A stretch of DNA of 64,000 bases from contig CDROCS010002422.1 in assembly GCA_977020255.1 (NCBI GenBank), positions 124,001 to 188,000 of the forward strand. Direction: 5' to 3'. The number at the start of each line of letters is the position of its first letter. Position 1 is the first letter of the stretch. The position numbers and the translations under genes are program-made. A model generated the notes under the pieces. It ran no database searches. It saw only the letters and a list, made by a program, of their open reading frames with translations, and was not told where the DNA came from. Below, piece by piece: positions 61,641 to 64,000 of the stretch. This DNA comes from Obrimoposthia wandeli. Lineage: Eukaryota.

Positions 61641-62360
61641 TCAAGATAACAGTGCGCCACCTTCTATATCCACAATAGTGCCTGTGGCATAATTGGTTGT
61701 CATTGCAAATATAATACCGTTGGCAACTTCTTCCGGCTGCCCCACTCTGCCTAAGGGTATGTGTGCAGTCATATCTGCTAATTGCTGCTGCTTGTTTTCT
61801 CCAAATCCATCCCACATAGCCGTTTCAATCAAGCCAGGAGATACACCGTTAATACGCTTTGGCGCTATTTCTATCGACACAGCTCTGATGAATGCCTCCA
61901 CCGCCCCTCCTGTGCAACTCAGTGATGACATGCCTTTTTTGTATTTGCGCGCAGGGCTGCCACTCACTAAAGTAATTGAACCTGTTGCGTTTACGAAAGA
62001 TTCACCACAGCGCACTACATTGGTATAACCCCAAAATTTTTGAAAGGCCGCTGAGAACTGCTCACTAGTTTGTTCTGTAAATGGCGCAACTGTGCGTTGT
62101 GCGCCTGTTGCTGCTGACACTAAATGATCTATTTTTCCCACTTCTGCAAATAGCTTTTTTAAACTTTCTTCATCGTGTGTATCCGCTACCCTAAATTGCA
62201 CGGTATCGGCACACTGTGCACGCGCTGTATCAATATTTGCTTGCGTTCGACTCGCGGCATAAACCTTAGCACCCATGGCTGCAGCCGCTTTTACAACAGC
62301 TAAGCCTATACCAGATGTTCCACCAATAACGACAACTGTTTTTTCAGCTAAATTTTGCAT
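61641..62360 (-). CDS. Atypical short-chain dehydrogenase/reductase
   Basis: Motifs VIGGTSGIG and RINGVSPGLIET. No canonical YxxxK. Confidence 0.85.
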   Translation of the reverse strand: MQNLAEKTVVVIGGTSGIGLAVVKAAAAMGAKVYAASRTQANIDTARAQCADTVQFRVADTHDEESLKKLFAEVGKIDHLVSAATGAQRTVAPFTEQTSEQFSAAFQKFWGYTNVVRCGESFVNATGSITLVSGSPARKYKKGMSSLSCTGGAVEAFIRAVSIEIAPKRINGVSPGLIETAMWDGFGENKQQQLADMTAHIPLGRVGQPEEVANGIIFAMTTNYATGTIVDIEGGALLS

Positions 62361-62469
62361 TTATTTCACCAACTTTAATAATAATTAATTCTAAGTTCAA
62401 ACAAGAAATACTTTAAATATATTCTCATCGCAAAAAATAGTTATACACTGAGCTTTGGTATTTTCAAGC

Positions 62470-62620
62470 CATTGTTGTCCGGTTATAAAATGTAAGCCCT
62501 TTACCCATTGATTTGTGGTTTTCTAGCATCGTTAATTGGATTATTTTAGCCAAATAACACTTATGGTTAACGTAAAATCAATGAGTGATAGAACAACAAA
62601 AATTAAACCGGATATATATG
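62470..62620 (-). mobile_element. MITE family A, copy A6 (151 bp, one end degraded)
   Basis: CATTGTTGTCCGGTT...AAACCGGATATATATG with flanks ttttcaagc/ttttcaaac (8/9 TSD). Confidence 0.85.
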
Positions 62621-62942
62621 TTTTCAAACAAATTGTACAACGTATTTTTTATGCTGCCAAATAGACACCAGCACTCCTAAATTTCGGTTCTAACCTTAAC
62701 GTTATTTTAATGAATGTAAATTGGCTCGTTCAATGATTTGGCATCAAATAAGCATTTAAATAAATAAAGCTAAGTTATTCAATTCCATTGCTAATTTTTA
62801 AGAATATATTAGTGTACACTTGAATTAGTATTTATTCACTTCACACCAAAAAACTTAGTTTTAATTTTTAGCGTGTACAATTTAATATGAGCATTTTGAA
62901 AAAATTCAACGTTAAATAGGCTTTTACTTGTTATCTAAAAAA

Positions 62943-64000
62943 ATGAAAATCATGTTGTTATTGTGCTGCATTCTAGCACTCGGTTTCATCGCCACGAGCA
63001 TGGTTGGGTACTTTGTAGCCAGAGACTCTTTAACTAAACAAATTTCAACCGATACCCTACCTCTGATCGGCGATAACATCTATTCTGAAATCCAACGCGA
63101 TTTACTAAAACCGATCATAATTTCATCCCTCATGGCCAACGACACCTTCTTAAAAGATTGGGTAATAAGTGGTGAAAAAGACACGCAACAAATCACTAAA
63201 TACTTAAAAAGTATGCAAATAAATTACAATACTGTGACTAGTTTCTTTGTTTCCGATAAAACGCTTAAGTATTACCACCCGACAGGTGTATTTAAAACCA
63301 TCTCAGAGAAAGCCCCTGCCGACCAATGGTATTTTGCTACAAAAAATAATGGCAATACGCATCAGTTGAATGTCGATTACGATCGTTATGCTGATGATGC
63401 GCTGACCGTTTTTATCAATTATAAGTTATACGATGATAACCAAAATTTTCTTGGCATTACGGGTGTAGGACTTGCCTTAACCAAAGTACGTACTTTATTA
63501 GAGCACTATCAAAGAAAATACCAACGTGAAGTATTTTTTGTAGATGTAGCAGGCGAAGTTACCTTGCGCGGAGCGTTTTATAACGGCGATATTGATTTCA
63601 ATCAAATCAACAATGGCAAAACGCTAAAACAGCAGCTACTTAACTTTAGTAGCTCCTCTTTGACTTACCGCCAGGGAAATAACAATTTTTTGCTCGATAG
63701 CCGCTACATAGAAGAATTCAATTGGTATTTAATGGTTAGGCAAAGTGATCAGGCAATAAACAAAAATATTTTTGATTCTTTATTAATTAATTTACTGATT
63801 TCATTAATAATTACTATTACGATACTGGCCGTTACTTGGTTGACACTAAGCAGCTATCAACGTCAATTAGAAATAATGGCCACTACTGATAAACTAACTG
63901 GGCTCAATAACAGACACATGTTCGATCCAATTTTAGAGCAGATGTTCAAATATTCAACACGCAACCACACTACACTGTCGGTACTCATTTTAGATATTGA
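62943..64000 (+). CDS. Cache-sensor diguanylate cyclase, cut by the window edge
   Basis: Open frame from ATG 62943: TM helix, DNIYSEIQRDLLKPIIISSLMANDTFLKDW, a second TM, then TDKLTGLNNR...SVLILDID (start of the GGDEF domain). Not in the ORF track. Confidence 0.88.
   Translation, partial: MKIMLLLCCILALGFIATSMVGYFVARDSLTKQISTDTLPLIGDNIYSEIQRDLLKPIIISSLMANDTFLKDWVISGEKDTQQITKYLKSMQINYNTVTSFFVSDKTLKYYHPTGVFKTISEKAPADQWYFATKNNGNTHQLNVDYDRYADDALTVFINYKLYDDNQNFLGITGVGLALTKVRTLLEHYQRKYQREVFFVDVAGEVTLRGAFYNGDIDFNQINNGKTLKQQLLNFSSSSLTYRQGNNNFLLDSRYIEEFNWYLMVRQSDQAINKNIFDSLLINLLISLIITITILAVTWLTLSSYQRQLEIMATTDKLTGLNNRHMFDPILEQMFKYSTRNHTTLSVLILDI

Noticed and set aside
61641-62360. This SDR as the PruA-type pteridine reductase for the PruR/DcpA-like pair
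   Set aside because: It lacks the TGxxxRIG motif and YxxxK of pteridine reductases and is 13 kb away.

Overview
AT-rich bacterial DNA, most likely from a marine gammaproteobacterium (Alteromonadales/Colwellia-like; the organism is an inference). There are no rRNA, tRNA, CRISPR or transposase genes. From left to right the window holds: (1) the end of a LacI-controlled Gfo/Idh/MocA plus TIM-barrel sugar catabolism cluster; (2) a complete coenzyme F420 operon (cofG-cofH-cofD-cofC-cofE-npdG) followed by one F420-dependent LLM reductase (TIGR03842/CPS_4043-like) and an M20 N-carbamoyl-amino-acid hydrolase; (3) a mixed block with two chemoreceptors, an RsbQ-like hydrolase plus PAS-GGDEF pair, LysE, an LTA-synthase-like gene, menA and an EAL protein; (4) beta-alanine catabolism (bauA, mmsA, LysR) and a nitrilase-NCS1-dihydropyrimidinase operon; (5) a fructose-type ABC system (frcR/B/C/A/K); (6) a PruR/DcpA-like pterin-sensing c-di-GMP pair; (7) fba, an SLC13 permease, a Pot-type ABC importer, creatinase with its LysR, and other genes. 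The main candidate for a new system is F420-dependent reductive pyrimidine catabolism. Every step of uracil/thymine degradation is present except the usual PreT/PreA dihydropyrimidine dehydrogenase. The F420 operon and the hydantoinase operon each carry a RutR-type box, so the F420H2-dependent LLM enzyme, fed by NpdG, is the obvious candidate for the missing ring-reduction step. The intergenic DNA also holds at least 12 copies of five different MITE-like elements, most with readable target-site duplications. All alignments were done by eye and no database search was run.
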